Shown piece after piece: positions 49,845 to 61,126 of a stretch of 64,000 bases of DNA; positions within the stretch are counted from its first letter, which is position 1; each line of letters opens with the position of its first letter. Origin of the DNA: Felis catus. Lineage: Eukaryota. Under the pieces are notes generated by a model. That model was not told the DNA's origin. It worked only from the letters and a program-made list of their open reading frames with translations, and made no database searches. The position numbers and the translations under genes are program-made. Location of the stretch: assembly GCF_018350175.1 (NCBI RefSeq), contig NC_058371.1, positions 198,772,001 through 198,836,000 of the forward strand, given 5' to 3'.

Positions 49845-50736
49845 GTATTTTCTAGTAGACGTTTTATTGACTGTAAATCCATTCACATGTAACTTTTGAT
49901 ATTTTCACTCTGTGCGGAGAAAGAACACAAGGGTCCCTGTGGCTGCACCACAGACTCTCGATTTTGCATACACAGCACACGATTTTGCAGGGGGCAACTC
50001 AGAGCCATCGGCACCCACACCGAGGTGGGGCCCCGTGAACACCAGCATGCTCTCTGCACAGATGTGGTTCCCACTGCAAACAGGAACACCTGTTCTAGAG
50101 GGACAGGTGCGCAGGCCCAAGGGCAGACAAATGCTCCTTGGGCCCCAGCAGCCCCTTGCTGAGGGCCCAGGGTCTGTCCCCACACCCCTTCCCCCACGGG
50201 CAGGCAGGCGTCCGCTGACCTTCTGTATCTGGACCCACTGATATTATACGAAGTAACCGTAGTTGCATTTATTATATTTGTGAGGCAAAGGGGAGTTTTC
50301 TACAACGCAGCGACTCTGCAGCACTTGGCTCAGGCAGACAAGAAGCCACAGGAAACTAAGTGATGGTCACTTGCCGTGAGAAGTTATCACCCAGCACTCT
50401 TCCCTAAGCCACTGGAAGGGCCAGGTCGGTGCCTCCCTGAGCCCCGCCTCCGGGCAGCCCCTCCACGTCGGCCGCCAGTTTGGGTGCAGCCAGTAACGAC
50501 CCCCTCTCTTCCACCCTGCCTCAGGAGTGCCACGCAGTCCACTGTCAATTTGTGTTCATTAGTTTCTTTTTCAGCTACTAAACGGGCTAAGACCACAGGT
50601 CTGGGTGTCCCTTTTGTAGGAGCACGTAGCTCTGCCACCGCCCCCTCCCCCCAACGTGGTAGGATCTGGGCACAGCCCTGGTCCGATGCCGGAGACCCTC
50701 GACAGCGCCCCATGCGCCAGGAGCGAGCAGGGCAGA
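49845..50736 (-). other. STX18: STX18 3' UTR (end approximate)
   Basis: Minus-strand AATAAA at 50268-50273 and 49863-49868, with a further one at 49261-49266. Confidence 0.65.
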
Positions 50737-50880
<144 letters not shown>

Positions 50881-51535
50881 TCACGCCTTCCGTGTGTCCA
50901 CACGCACTCCCTACCCTGGAGCTTATGCTTACCTTAATTAGTAAGCAGAGCCAAACAGTGGGTTTAGAATCCACCAGAAAACAAACAGGTGTCTCCCCCT
51001 TATTCAGACGTCCTACACCCTTCTCCCAGCAAACACCCAGAAACGGCCCATGCGGGGCCCAGGGTTAAAAAGAGCCCCACGGCTGGCCCGGCAGCTGTAG
51101 TGGCCCAGGAATGGTCCCACGTCAACCCAAACCGAGGACCACACTCAGAAGACCACGTCCACTCAACAGAGTCCACTGTGGTGGCCTCGATAAACAGGGA
51201 CCAGGGCTCTGGCCCTCGGGGTGGGGGGTCCAACAAGCTTCTCCGGTGACGCCCACCCCTGGTGCAGGTGGCTGATCCAACCCTTGCCAAGAGTGACCTC
51301 GTGTGCCTCCGATCGCTCCTTTGGAGGGCGGTGAGTCCTGTGTCTTGGTAATAGCAGGTGTCCCGGGTTTGGCGAGGACAGAAATGTGACTGTCTTAGGG
51401 GTCAGCACGGTTAGGAGGTCAGCCCTGCAAGCTGGGCCCCGGCAAGGCTCTCACGCAGTCCTGACTGCCCGCAAGACTACCACCGCTGCCCGGACAGGGA
51501 GGCCGGTGGGGCCTGGGGGGCCCAAGGGTACTCAC

Positions 51536-51616
51536 CTCTCTGATGTCTTCGTTGCCCTCCTTGATATTCTCAGTCGCCCCTACAACTAACTGGTGAATGC
51601 TGTCGATCTCGGCTTC
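51536..51616 (-). CDS. STX18: STX18 exon 10, [27 protein letters not shown] (SNARE motif)
   Basis: 81 nt. ccatag| acceptor, GAG|GTGAGT donor. Confidence 0.98.
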
Positions 51617-52075
51617 CTATGGAAGAGGAGAAACAGGTAGACCCGACCACCGTCTCCTTCCCCGAGCATCCGGACATCAGGAGCCAGCAGCAGCCAGGGC
51701 TTTACAAGCGGGAGCCTGTGGGTCCTCGCCGGGTCCCGAGGGGCAGGCACAGCCCCGTTGTACAAAAGGGAAAGTCAGGGTTCAGAGAAGTTTAGTAATT
51801 TGCCAAGAGTCACACAGCAACCACGTGGCAGGACTGGGACCAGAACCCAGTGCCTGTCGCCCTTCCACCCCCAGCTGCTACCTCCTGTGCCACTTGCCGG
51901 CCAGAAGGGACAAACGCGAGAGCTGCCAACACGTAGCAGCCACTGCATGCCAGGGGCTTCCCTCTGGTCCCCCGCGTATTTATGAAATCCAGAGACATGA
52001 GCTTCCAGATGCGTGTGCTTTCAGACACGCACGCTAGCTTCAGGGGAGCGCTTCGTGTCTCGCCATCTGTGTCTC

Positions 52076-52106
<31 letters not shown>

Positions 52107-53194
52107 CCTAAACCGTAAGAACATCAGCTCCCGTGTACTGAGAGCCTGCCACGAGCTGGAAGTGCGTCAGGAACCTCGAGCCCCAGCCCTGAGAGTGCGG
52201 GGGGGACATCTGCCCAGTCTGAAGAGGGCAGTGTGGCTGGGGTGCCCGGGTCACCTGACACACTGGAAGTCAGGATTGGATCGGAGCCAGTGTGTGTGAC
52301 CCAACGTGGCCTCTGAGCTCTCCTGCCACGCTGAGCTGTCCCTGGAAGCAAGTCGTGTGCTCTGACAGGGACAGCTCACTTAGCTGTTTTATGGGTCAGG
52401 AGGCTAAGTGACAGCCATCAGGCTTCTAAGTGGAGGCTTAGCACATACACGCTTAAATTGGTCCTTCAATGTAGTTAGAAAGGGTAACTCGTGAACCCGA
52501 ACTTTCCGTCAGACTGCACATACCTAAATTTACAGCGATTCGACTCTGGTTGTGAGGTTTCGGGCAGGTTTTGTGGGGGCGAGAGGGTCTTAGGCCAACT
52601 GGGACAGTTTAACACAATGCAGCAGAAATGATTTTGACTCTGAAACTGTTCCACGGTCTGTGGATGCTAAAAAGAAGGATAAATTTATCGGGTCCCTAAA
52701 GGTTTTGCCAGTTACTGGCCGGACGAGTTTCAGAACTGGAGGCAGGAAGAAATAACATGAAAATCCCCTTCAGAGAACAACCCTATTTCCTGTGTGGACG
52801 GGACACCTGAGGTGGCACGGACCTGGCGTTCCGAGAGGGCCAAGTGTGAGCCCTAAGTCACACTGTTGACCCGCCAGGTGTGCTGGGTGCTTCCTGTGGG
52901 TTATCTCCGAGCCTCACAACGGCCCTGCGAGGGCCACTCCATTTGCAGACGGGAAAACTAGCTCAGAGGCACCCGGAAGGAAGATCTACCCAACTCCCTC
53001 CTCTGTGGGCATTGGACTCCCACCCAGTCCGGCCTGGGCCAGCCAGCAGTGGGTCAGGTGCAGAGAGCTCCCTCCCTGCCCCGCACAGAGGCTGCACCGG
53101 GGGGTCAGGAGGCCCTCACGTGAGGAGCTGTACTAACCCACGCGGCTAGGGGCACATGGCTGCAGGGATTAGGCAACCTCAGAACAAGCACCCT

Positions 53195-53221
53195 GATGTC
53201 ACAGTAGATGTCACAGTAGAT
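53195..53221. repeat. Perfect 12-bp tandem duplication
   Basis: gatgtcacagta x2 plus gat. Confidence 0.95.
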
Positions 53222-53263
53222 TCTTTTTAGCTAAACCTTAAATCGTAATTTTTTTTTTCTTAC

Positions 53264-53333
53264 CTGTTGTAAAACCTTCTCTGTGAATATTTCTTGGAGC
53301 CTGGAAATTTCAACCACTCTCCCTTCGATTTGC
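53264..53333 (-). CDS. STX18: STX18 exon 9, (R)QIEGRVVEISRLQEIFTEKVLQQ
   Basis: 70 nt. T-rich acceptor ttctttaatgaag|, CAG|GTAAG donor. Frame is continuous with the flanking exons. Confidence 0.97.
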
Positions 53334-54648
53334 CTTCATTAAAGAAAAAAAAAAATTACATACAACTATTAGTAGGTGGTGGTCCTAGCAGGAGTGTTAC
53401 ACATTTCTAAATGGACCACATAAGTGAGAAATGGGAGGGGACACCACATCATTCGGGGGGGGGGGGGGAGGGGGGGGCACCACGTCAGGCTCAGGAAGGA
53501 GGAGGCCGGCATTGCACTTCCTGGCTCTCCTCTGAAGTCTCTCGCTTAGGGGGCACGCTGCACTGCGGAACCAGCCCTCCCCTGCAAGCTGACCCGCGGT
53601 GCCCCTGCCTCGGAGTCTGCACCCCTGGTTGCAACAGGCAGCCTTCGAATGCTAAGGCCCGTACCCGGCCCGGTAACCACGGTAACGCGGCGGAGACTCA
53701 GAACGCCAGCGTGTGCCGACCACTCAATGTCATTACCGCCCAGGAGGTCGAGGGGCAGGGTGCTGCCACCCAAACCAACTTCCCGGCGAAAGGAAAAGTC
53801 CTCCGGTTCTGTCTGAAAACGTATCTGGGTTCAGCAACCAAACGTCTGAGCTTCTCGCTGTTTCAGGGCCAGCAAGGGTGCCCCGGGCGTGGGCTGGGGG
53901 GTGGCACGGGTCTAGAAATGGGGGCGACAGGGGCTGAGCCGTGTCGGGGCAGCCGGCCGCCGCTCCTCCCGTGCTTCCGGGTGTGGGAAGGAAAAGTGAG
54001 GCGGGCGGGGACTGAATCTCGGAGCAAGGACCGTAAGGCCCACAGAGTGAGGGCAGAGGCCGCAGAGGAGCACAGGTGCCATCAGAGTCCCCGGGGGCTG
54101 TGGGTACGGCGTCAGGACGCACTTTCTTTTGGATGAGCCCACAGCACAGCGGGTTTAATTTCCCTGCCAAAGCCCAGGCCTTCCTTCCAGATGCTCCAGA
54201 CACTCTCGGGGAAACAGGCCCCACCACGTGCCTCCCCTAGAGGGCGGGCCAGCGATGGCTCACGTGGGCACGGCCACTCTCCTTCCATGCTGCCGACCCC
54301 TTTGCTGAGGGGGCAGACGGACCCCAGCGGAGCCATATGCAGGAGGCTGCACCTGGCCAGCCATCCCTCACAAGGCCCGCCCCCTTACCTGGAGCGATGA
54401 AATTAACAGCCCCTAACCATGCAACTTGTGGTCACTGGAAGCCTGGAGGCAGCACAGAGGGGGTGACCTCCCAAGGGCCCGCAGGTTAAGGGGAGTCACT
54501 GAAGTTGGGCAGCTGCCTTGACCCCGAATGGCTGAGGGGGGTGCACGTGGCCAGGGCCACAAGGGGATGCCTGGCCATCGAAGTAAATGAAAAGTTCCCA
54601 GTTCCCAGAAAAGCTGAGGCCATCAGCTCCTAGGAACCACATACATAC

Positions 54649-54707
54649 CTCACTTCATCGAACAGGCTGTTCATCTCACCAATTAGGCGCTGGTTCTCTT
54701 GTTCAAA
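54649..54707 (-). CDS. STX18: STX18 exon 8, FEQENQRLIGEMNSLFDEV(R)
   Basis: 59 nt. ctcacag| acceptor, GAG|GTATG donor. Confidence 0.97.
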
Positions 54708-57662
54708 CTGTGAGGAGACAAACACACTAAGGGTGACGTCATACTCAAAAGCAACATGGTCAAAGGCAAGAGTCTAGCAAGGCGTCTGCTCGGAAATCTT
54801 CGACCTGCCCTCCGAGGGTGGCCACTGAGTCCCTCCTTCTGGCGTGGAGGGATGTGGCATCAGTGTGAAAACATCCCTGTGGCCGGACTTCTCCCTGCCT
54901 GTGAGCCGACGTGACGCCTGGGAAGGTGCGGGCGGGGCGGGGCGGGTCGCCTGCCGTCCTTCCCGCTGCTCTGTCTCCCTCTGGCACTGTCTTAAGTGGG
55001 GCGCTGAGCTCCAGCGGCTCAGCTGAGGGCAGGGCAGTCTCATTTCAGAGCCACGCCTTGGCCAGTCCACCGTGACAGGAACACAGGCCCAGCAGCCCGA
55101 AGCGCTGTGTTCCTGGGCTCAGGCTGGCGATCGGGCTTCAGGACTCAGTCTGGGTGAGGGCGCCACCCTGACACCCGGGAGCCCATCGGAGCCGCGTAAA
55201 CTCGGAGCAGACAGCTGCTGCCCCCACCGTTCCTGCCAACTTGACACCAGCCCACAAGAGGATGGCACGTCTGAGGGTTCGCCGTGCCGCGGGGCCAGAT
55301 CTCCTCCTCACTGCAGGACCCGCAACCCCGCCTTCGGACGCCCACTCCACTGCCTGAGCATGTACTCAGCCCCGGGCAGGGGCCCACGTCCCACAGCCCC
55401 AGCTCGAACGCCACCTTCTCCGTGACCTATCCCGGCCCCCGAGCTGGAACTTCTTTCTCCAGTTTCTAACCTTGGCCTAGCACCTTGTGAAACCTCGTGA
55501 AGATCTCTCAGGACGTTAGCCATTTTCAGCCCGGTAATAAGCTGTGCATGTCCCAAACTCCCCCTTGACTAGGAGCTGCCTGAGGGTGGGAACGCGTCAA
55601 ACCGAAGTCCGAGAAGGCCTCACGCGCGTTCTTTCCTTCACATCTACTAAAGCGGCAGTCCCGTCCACAGCTGTTTTCGGAGGCGCGGTCTGCGCCAGGC
55701 GCTGTGTGGGGGGACGGGTGGAGGTGAGCTCTGGGCCTCCCAGGCTCTGCGATCCAACCGAGGCTCCAGCCAGACTTGCTCAGTGAAACAACAATGGAGG
55801 GAAAACAACGGTTAGGGAAGTCACAGCAGACACCGTGCTGGGCAGGTCACGTGCAGGGACTCACGTTCTCCCTGCCCAGTCGCCCCCTGACTTCACAGGG
55901 AGGGCATGTGCTGTGCTCACTCTCTGCTCCGTCTGCCCCCCTCCCCTCCCAGCCCCCCCCCCCCCCAGCCCTCCACGCGGGCACCCTCCCGTCCTGTCTG
56001 CCAGTTCACCCGCACCCTTGCTGCATCCATTCCCTCCCTGGTGCCTGTGCTCTGCCCTCATCACCTCTCACTCTCCTCCAATCTACCCCCACCCCTCCAT
56101 CAGAGTGATGTAAGATGCCAGTCACGTCACACCGCACCAGGCCGGCCCTGTCCGTGGCCCTGTAGATCAGCGCTGAGGTGCAGCCTTCTCCTGCAGCCCA
56201 CTGCCTCACCCCTGCACAGACTAGCTGAGAGCTGATGGAGGCCGCCGCGCACTAACCCCCCACCCCGCGTGGGGACTCCGACGGTTTCCTCGAAACCCAG
56301 CCGAGGCACCTTCCTAGTGACCAGACGCACCAAGGCAGGTTTAATCACCTTCTACCATCTCCTGTCCTTTATAATATAAAACTCCCCTGCACTTGATCCA
56401 TCGCTACACTTCTTGCCCCTGTTGGGGGGCCATCTTCCCGCCTGGGGTGGGGCTTTCTCCTCTGGCCCCAGCACAATGCAGGGCCTACCACACTGCAGGG
56501 CACCGGTTGTCAGTCCCCCTGCTTGTCAAAACACAAAGGGGCCTCCACTGCACCCCAGGCCTACTGGGTCAGAAAATGGGTGGGCCGGCACAGTTTCCAG
56601 AAGGGCCGGCGGGGGGTGCTCTGCTGGGCCGCCTCAAGCACAGGCAGGATGCCGACACGGTACCAGGACGGCCCTTCTAATTATGAAATCAGGCTATTTA
56701 AGGGAATAAAAACTTCACTCTTGAGTTTGAAACTATCAGCCCTGTTAGCTGTCAACTCAACAGTTACTTCAGAGCCCAGTAATTTAAGGAAAAAAACAAT
56801 TACTTCAGCATGTAGGTGCTCATTTACTTTCACTAATTCTCCCAGGTATTACTCAGGGTTTTTCTCGGGGGGCTGGGATAGGGGGCATTTTCTTATTTTT
56901 TTAATGACAAAATACGGCCCTGTCCTTTTAAATCCTCAGACCTTTTATGCTTTCTAAACTACTCCTAAGCAAGACTAGGGGTTTGAGGTGGTTTACTGCG
57001 GGAATGTCCCCCGGAACAAAGCCCTCTCTGTCCCCTCCCCAGCTCTGGGCATGAGGCACCCACTGCCCCTCTCGGGGTTCTGGGGAGCTGTTACTTCTGA
57101 AGGACTCCTGTCAGCAGCAGGATCAGATTCTGGCTCGGATTTCCTTTCAACCTATGGGTTCTTAATGGCACCTCAGAAGTACCCACTGGGGGGGGGGGGA
57201 GCAAAGGGGGGCGGAGCAAAAGAAACAAATGCCTGGAGGGACCAAGCGGTGACAGGGCTGAGGGGAGAGTTTGGCGTGGCCAGGACCTTTACGGAAAGCG
57301 GCCCCCATTTGGGGGCGGGAGTTACAATGGAGCCGTGTCTTCAAAACCACCACCTGTTTTTCCCATAGCCAGGTGCGAGGGACCCACTTAACAGGGTCTG
57401 GCAGGGCTCAGGCAGATCAGGTAATGGCCAGGCCGCTGACAACATTCACCTGTGCCACATTTCAGGGTGGTTTCCGATGCTGTCTTGATGGCCAACCTGT
57501 ACACCTCACCCCTCCTCTGCAGAGGAAGGCAGGGAGCGGCAGGTGCCGGCCGGCAGGGGCAGTTGGTGGACACGCCCGAGACTTCAGCGGGCCAGCCCCT
57601 GTGGCCTCAATGGGAACTCCTGGGGTGACTGACCCCTGGACCAGTCACTGGCTTCTGTCCGG

Positions 57663-57678
57663 CCTGTCACGTGACAGG
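57663..57678. promoter_or_regulatory. 16-bp palindrome containing the CLEAR/E-box GTCACGTGAC
   Basis: cctgtcacgtgacagg. Confidence 0.45.
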
Positions 57679-57699
57679 GCCTCTTTGTGAACAGACGTG

Positions 57700-57935
57700 G
57701 TGATTCTTATCCTTTCCTGCCTGATGCCGAGGGTGGGGAGGGATGATGATGGCTCCTTTACCTTCAAAGCTATATGCCCTTGGGCAGGTAACTTTTCTGT
57801 GCCTCTGTCTTTGTCACTAAAATGGGACGGAGACAGTACTTACTAGAGAAAGACGCGCTAATAATGCATGTAAAGTTGTGTACAGAGTGCGTGGCACATA
57901 CAAAGCCCCCACTAAATGTTAACTATTATTAATCT
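57700..57935. mobile_element. MIR fragment
   Basis: ccttgggcaggtaacttttctgtgcctctgtc...aaatgttaactattatta. Confidence 0.65.
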
Positions 57936-58160
57936 CCTGGGACTGAGATTCCAGATACGCAAAATGAGTCATGAAATATTCTGAAGGCCCCTTCCACCTC
58001 TCTGGTTTCAAATTTTAGAGGGCACCGTGACTTGAGCGGGATCTGGGGCACTCACACAGCATTCACTGGGGCTCGCTGGCAGCTGGCTGGCGTGGCATCC
58101 GTCCCCCAGAGGGACAGGGACCTCACAAGGTGCAGTAGCCAAGGAGGCCTGGTCTCCACA

Positions 58161-58181
58161 GTCAGCACCAAGGACAGGGGT
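58161..58181 (+). promoter_or_regulatory. RE1/NRSE (REST-binding) motif
   Basis: GTCAGCACCAAGGACAGGGGT has the canonical TCAGCACC-NN-GGACAG core. Confidence 0.6.
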
Positions 58182-58883
58182 GGGGACCCCCCCCCCCCTT
58201 CGCACCCCCCCCACCCCGGCCCAGGGAAGACCGACCTGCCTGTCACAGGGCCCCCTGTTCTGTGAGGCACTGGAAAGCGGGACACGAGGCCTGCAGGACA
58301 AGGAAGGTGGACAAGCAGGGCCCGAGAGGCATGACAGCAGCCAGCCTGTCTGTGTGGGCCTCCTGCCGTGGCTCCTTCCACTCCATACCCTTTGGTCTCC
58401 CGCCAAAATGCAGTGCTTTCGCTCAACACAGATGGATGTCTGGAGCAAGTTCCCCTGACCGCTCAGGCATGGCGGCAGGCACCACATTTAAAGGCCTAGG
58501 ACCTGGGAGCTCGCTGTAAAATGAGGCCAGCGGCAGTCCCTACCACACGGGGTGGCTACATTAATAAACACTCAAGCGGTCAGGGCCGTACTTGGCATGT
58601 GTCGTGTGTTACACGCGTGTTAGGCAGTATTAACTGCCTCATTCCATTTAGAAGTCAGATTTCCAAACAGAGGGCCCCAAGAGGGTTTATTATCTGCTTT
58701 AAGGGATACAAATCCACACTGTGAATACAGTGTTACAGAAATCCTTTTCTAATCTAATCCTCTTTACTATAGTTTTAAAAAGAAAATCACTCCTACAAAA
58801 GGCCTTTGGGTACAAGATGAAGCCACAAGAAGTTGTCTGCATTGCAAAGAGGCAAGAGCAGCTAACTGGACCAAAGACTAGGA

Positions 58884-58915
58884 ACCCACAGGGGCTGGGA
58901 CCCACAGGGGCTGGG
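58884..58915. repeat. Perfect 16-bp tandem duplication
   Basis: acccacaggggctggg x2. Confidence 0.95.
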
Positions 58916-61066
58916 CCTAGAGAGCAGTCTGCCCCCACCACCATGGCCCAGGACCTCTCCGGTTCTTCAGATGCGCCTCATCTATGCCAAACGCCTGCGT
59001 TCACATGGCTCCGTGACCCTCCCCTCCATCCCCACCGCTACCCCTGCGAACCTGAAACCTCCCCAGGGTGCGGACCTCAGCCCTCGGCTGCGTGGTGCCC
59101 AGATTCTACCAACAGTTCTTGCCAGGAGCTGAGTTTGGGCCCAGATCACGAGTCCTGCCAGCCACCCACCTGGTGCTTCCAGCGGCCTACCACAGGGGAC
59201 GAGGGCTAGGGACACCTTTCATGCAGGTTTAGGAACAGAAGTCATGCGCATGGCTTTAAAAATTATCCTAAGGGATACATCAATAAATGCAGGTGGTTTC
59301 ACTTGAGGCGAGTAAACTGAATGCAGGCTTACAAAGGAGGTATTTTCTCTATGTAACATCAGAAAACAATCTGGTCCCACTCAGCCTGACCGCAAAACAT
59401 CTGCTTATGGTAACTCAAACGTTAATATACCTGCATCAGGAGTTATAAATGGAAATTCAGTGTGCAAATCACGTAACACTCAGCAACCATTTTGGGACAC
59501 GTAACAACTGCTCCTGTGGGTGAAATAATGAATTAAATTGATATTATAGGGCTTAATTCATTATTTTACCCTGAGGAAAAATTCCAAAACGGTGATTATG
59601 AATTATGACCACAATTTGCTACAACACTTTCCAATTTAAAACCGATAGTGTCGTATTTATTTCTCTTCATTTTCAGGCTTGAGCCTGTTAAGTAAGATTT
59701 GGGTCAGTCAGCCCGTAAGATGTGGCACTTGGCTATTGTTCCCAATTACAAGAGAAGCTAAGGGAACACTGAAGAGCTTGCCATGGAAGTTCTGAACGTT
59801 ACAGCCTTCTGCCCACCCACTGGCAGTAAAACAACACAAATGAGGGAACTCTTGCCGGTTCTGACTGCTTTAGTCACTGAGACTGGGACCCTGAAATAAC
59901 CCGCATCACTGGGAATGGTCAGTAACATGCTTTTAGACGCCACTCAGGAGAGGACACAGAAGAGGGAACATGGGGCGTCAACAGTCATTATGCACAGAAA
60001 AGCTTTATGACGTGAACCTTTCTTCTTCACCTGCATTAGCTCCAACCACATCCCGGACAGGTGCAGTGAACGCAGGTGTGCACAGGGACAGAGCCAGCGT
60101 CCCAGCGTGGGGGCCACCGCCGGCCGAGCAGACATTACTATGTGCCCCACACTCCGCGGGGCACCCTCTATCCGCTACTGCATTCCCGACCATTCCATGG
60201 GGTGCTGATTCTTGCCATACTGAAGTGCAGGAAGGCTAGTTTTCTTGCCCCAAACTACACAGACAGGAAGTGATACAGAGGATTGGTAAGCAACTCTGCC
60301 AGGTCCCTGAGCCCACGCTCATTCATCATCTCTCAGTGGGACGGAGCATCAGTGGACGAGGCGCCCCTGCCACGCGCCTTCGTCTGGTCCACCCCACCAC
60401 GTGCCCGGAGGCTTCCAAAGGTCGCGCATCGGCAAGGTTAACAAACTGCCTATGCTCACCACGACCAACAGGAGAAAGGCAAACTTCTCTGGCAAACAGC
60501 TGACTTATTCTAGCTACTTCCTTTATGAAGTATATTCTGCTTACGTACAAATGCATTCAAGAAGCAGAGTTACACATATTTTTTTCTCTAGCAAAGAGAT
60601 GTGGTCCTGTTACATTATTTGAGGGAAATATTAAGCCATTATTTCCATTAAGAAAATTATTTTGTACAAATTGAAGAAAAAAATGTGAGATTTTAAGAAA
60701 CTTGCCATCATTTGGCTATAAGAAGGGGGTGTGACATAATCGTCCTTTACTTTGACTTGTTGGCTTCTCTGCCTCCTCCTGCCTCCCCGTGGAGAGTCCC
60801 CAGGGGATGGATGTCCTCTGCCTCTCCCCTCTCTCCCCAGCACGCACAGTTTCAGACATCAGCAGTAGGATGCCTCCCACATTCACGTCTCCAGCCTGAG
60901 CATCAAGGCCACTGCCCACCAGACACTTGCCCTGGATGTCCCAGAGGTGCCTCGAATACCCACGGGTCTCAAATGGAATTCAGCATCCCTGCCCCACCCA
61001 GCCGCCTCTCCCTTCTGACTGCCTGCATTGTCTTCCCAAGTCAGAAAGCTCCAGACTCCTCCTCCT

Positions 61067-61126
61067 CCCAGCCCAGCCCAGCCCAGCCCAGCCCAGCCCA
61101 GCTCAGCTCAGCTCAGTCCAGTCCAG
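61067..61126. repeat. Compound pentamer repeat (CCCAG)7(CTCAG)3(TCCAG)2
   Basis: Read directly from the sequence. Confidence 0.95.

Noticed and set aside
59677-59691. Plus-strand 15-nt exon-like segment (ttttcag|...|gtaag)
   Set aside because: No plus-strand host transcript is evident beyond the NSG1 3' end, so it is probably chance in AT-rich DNA.
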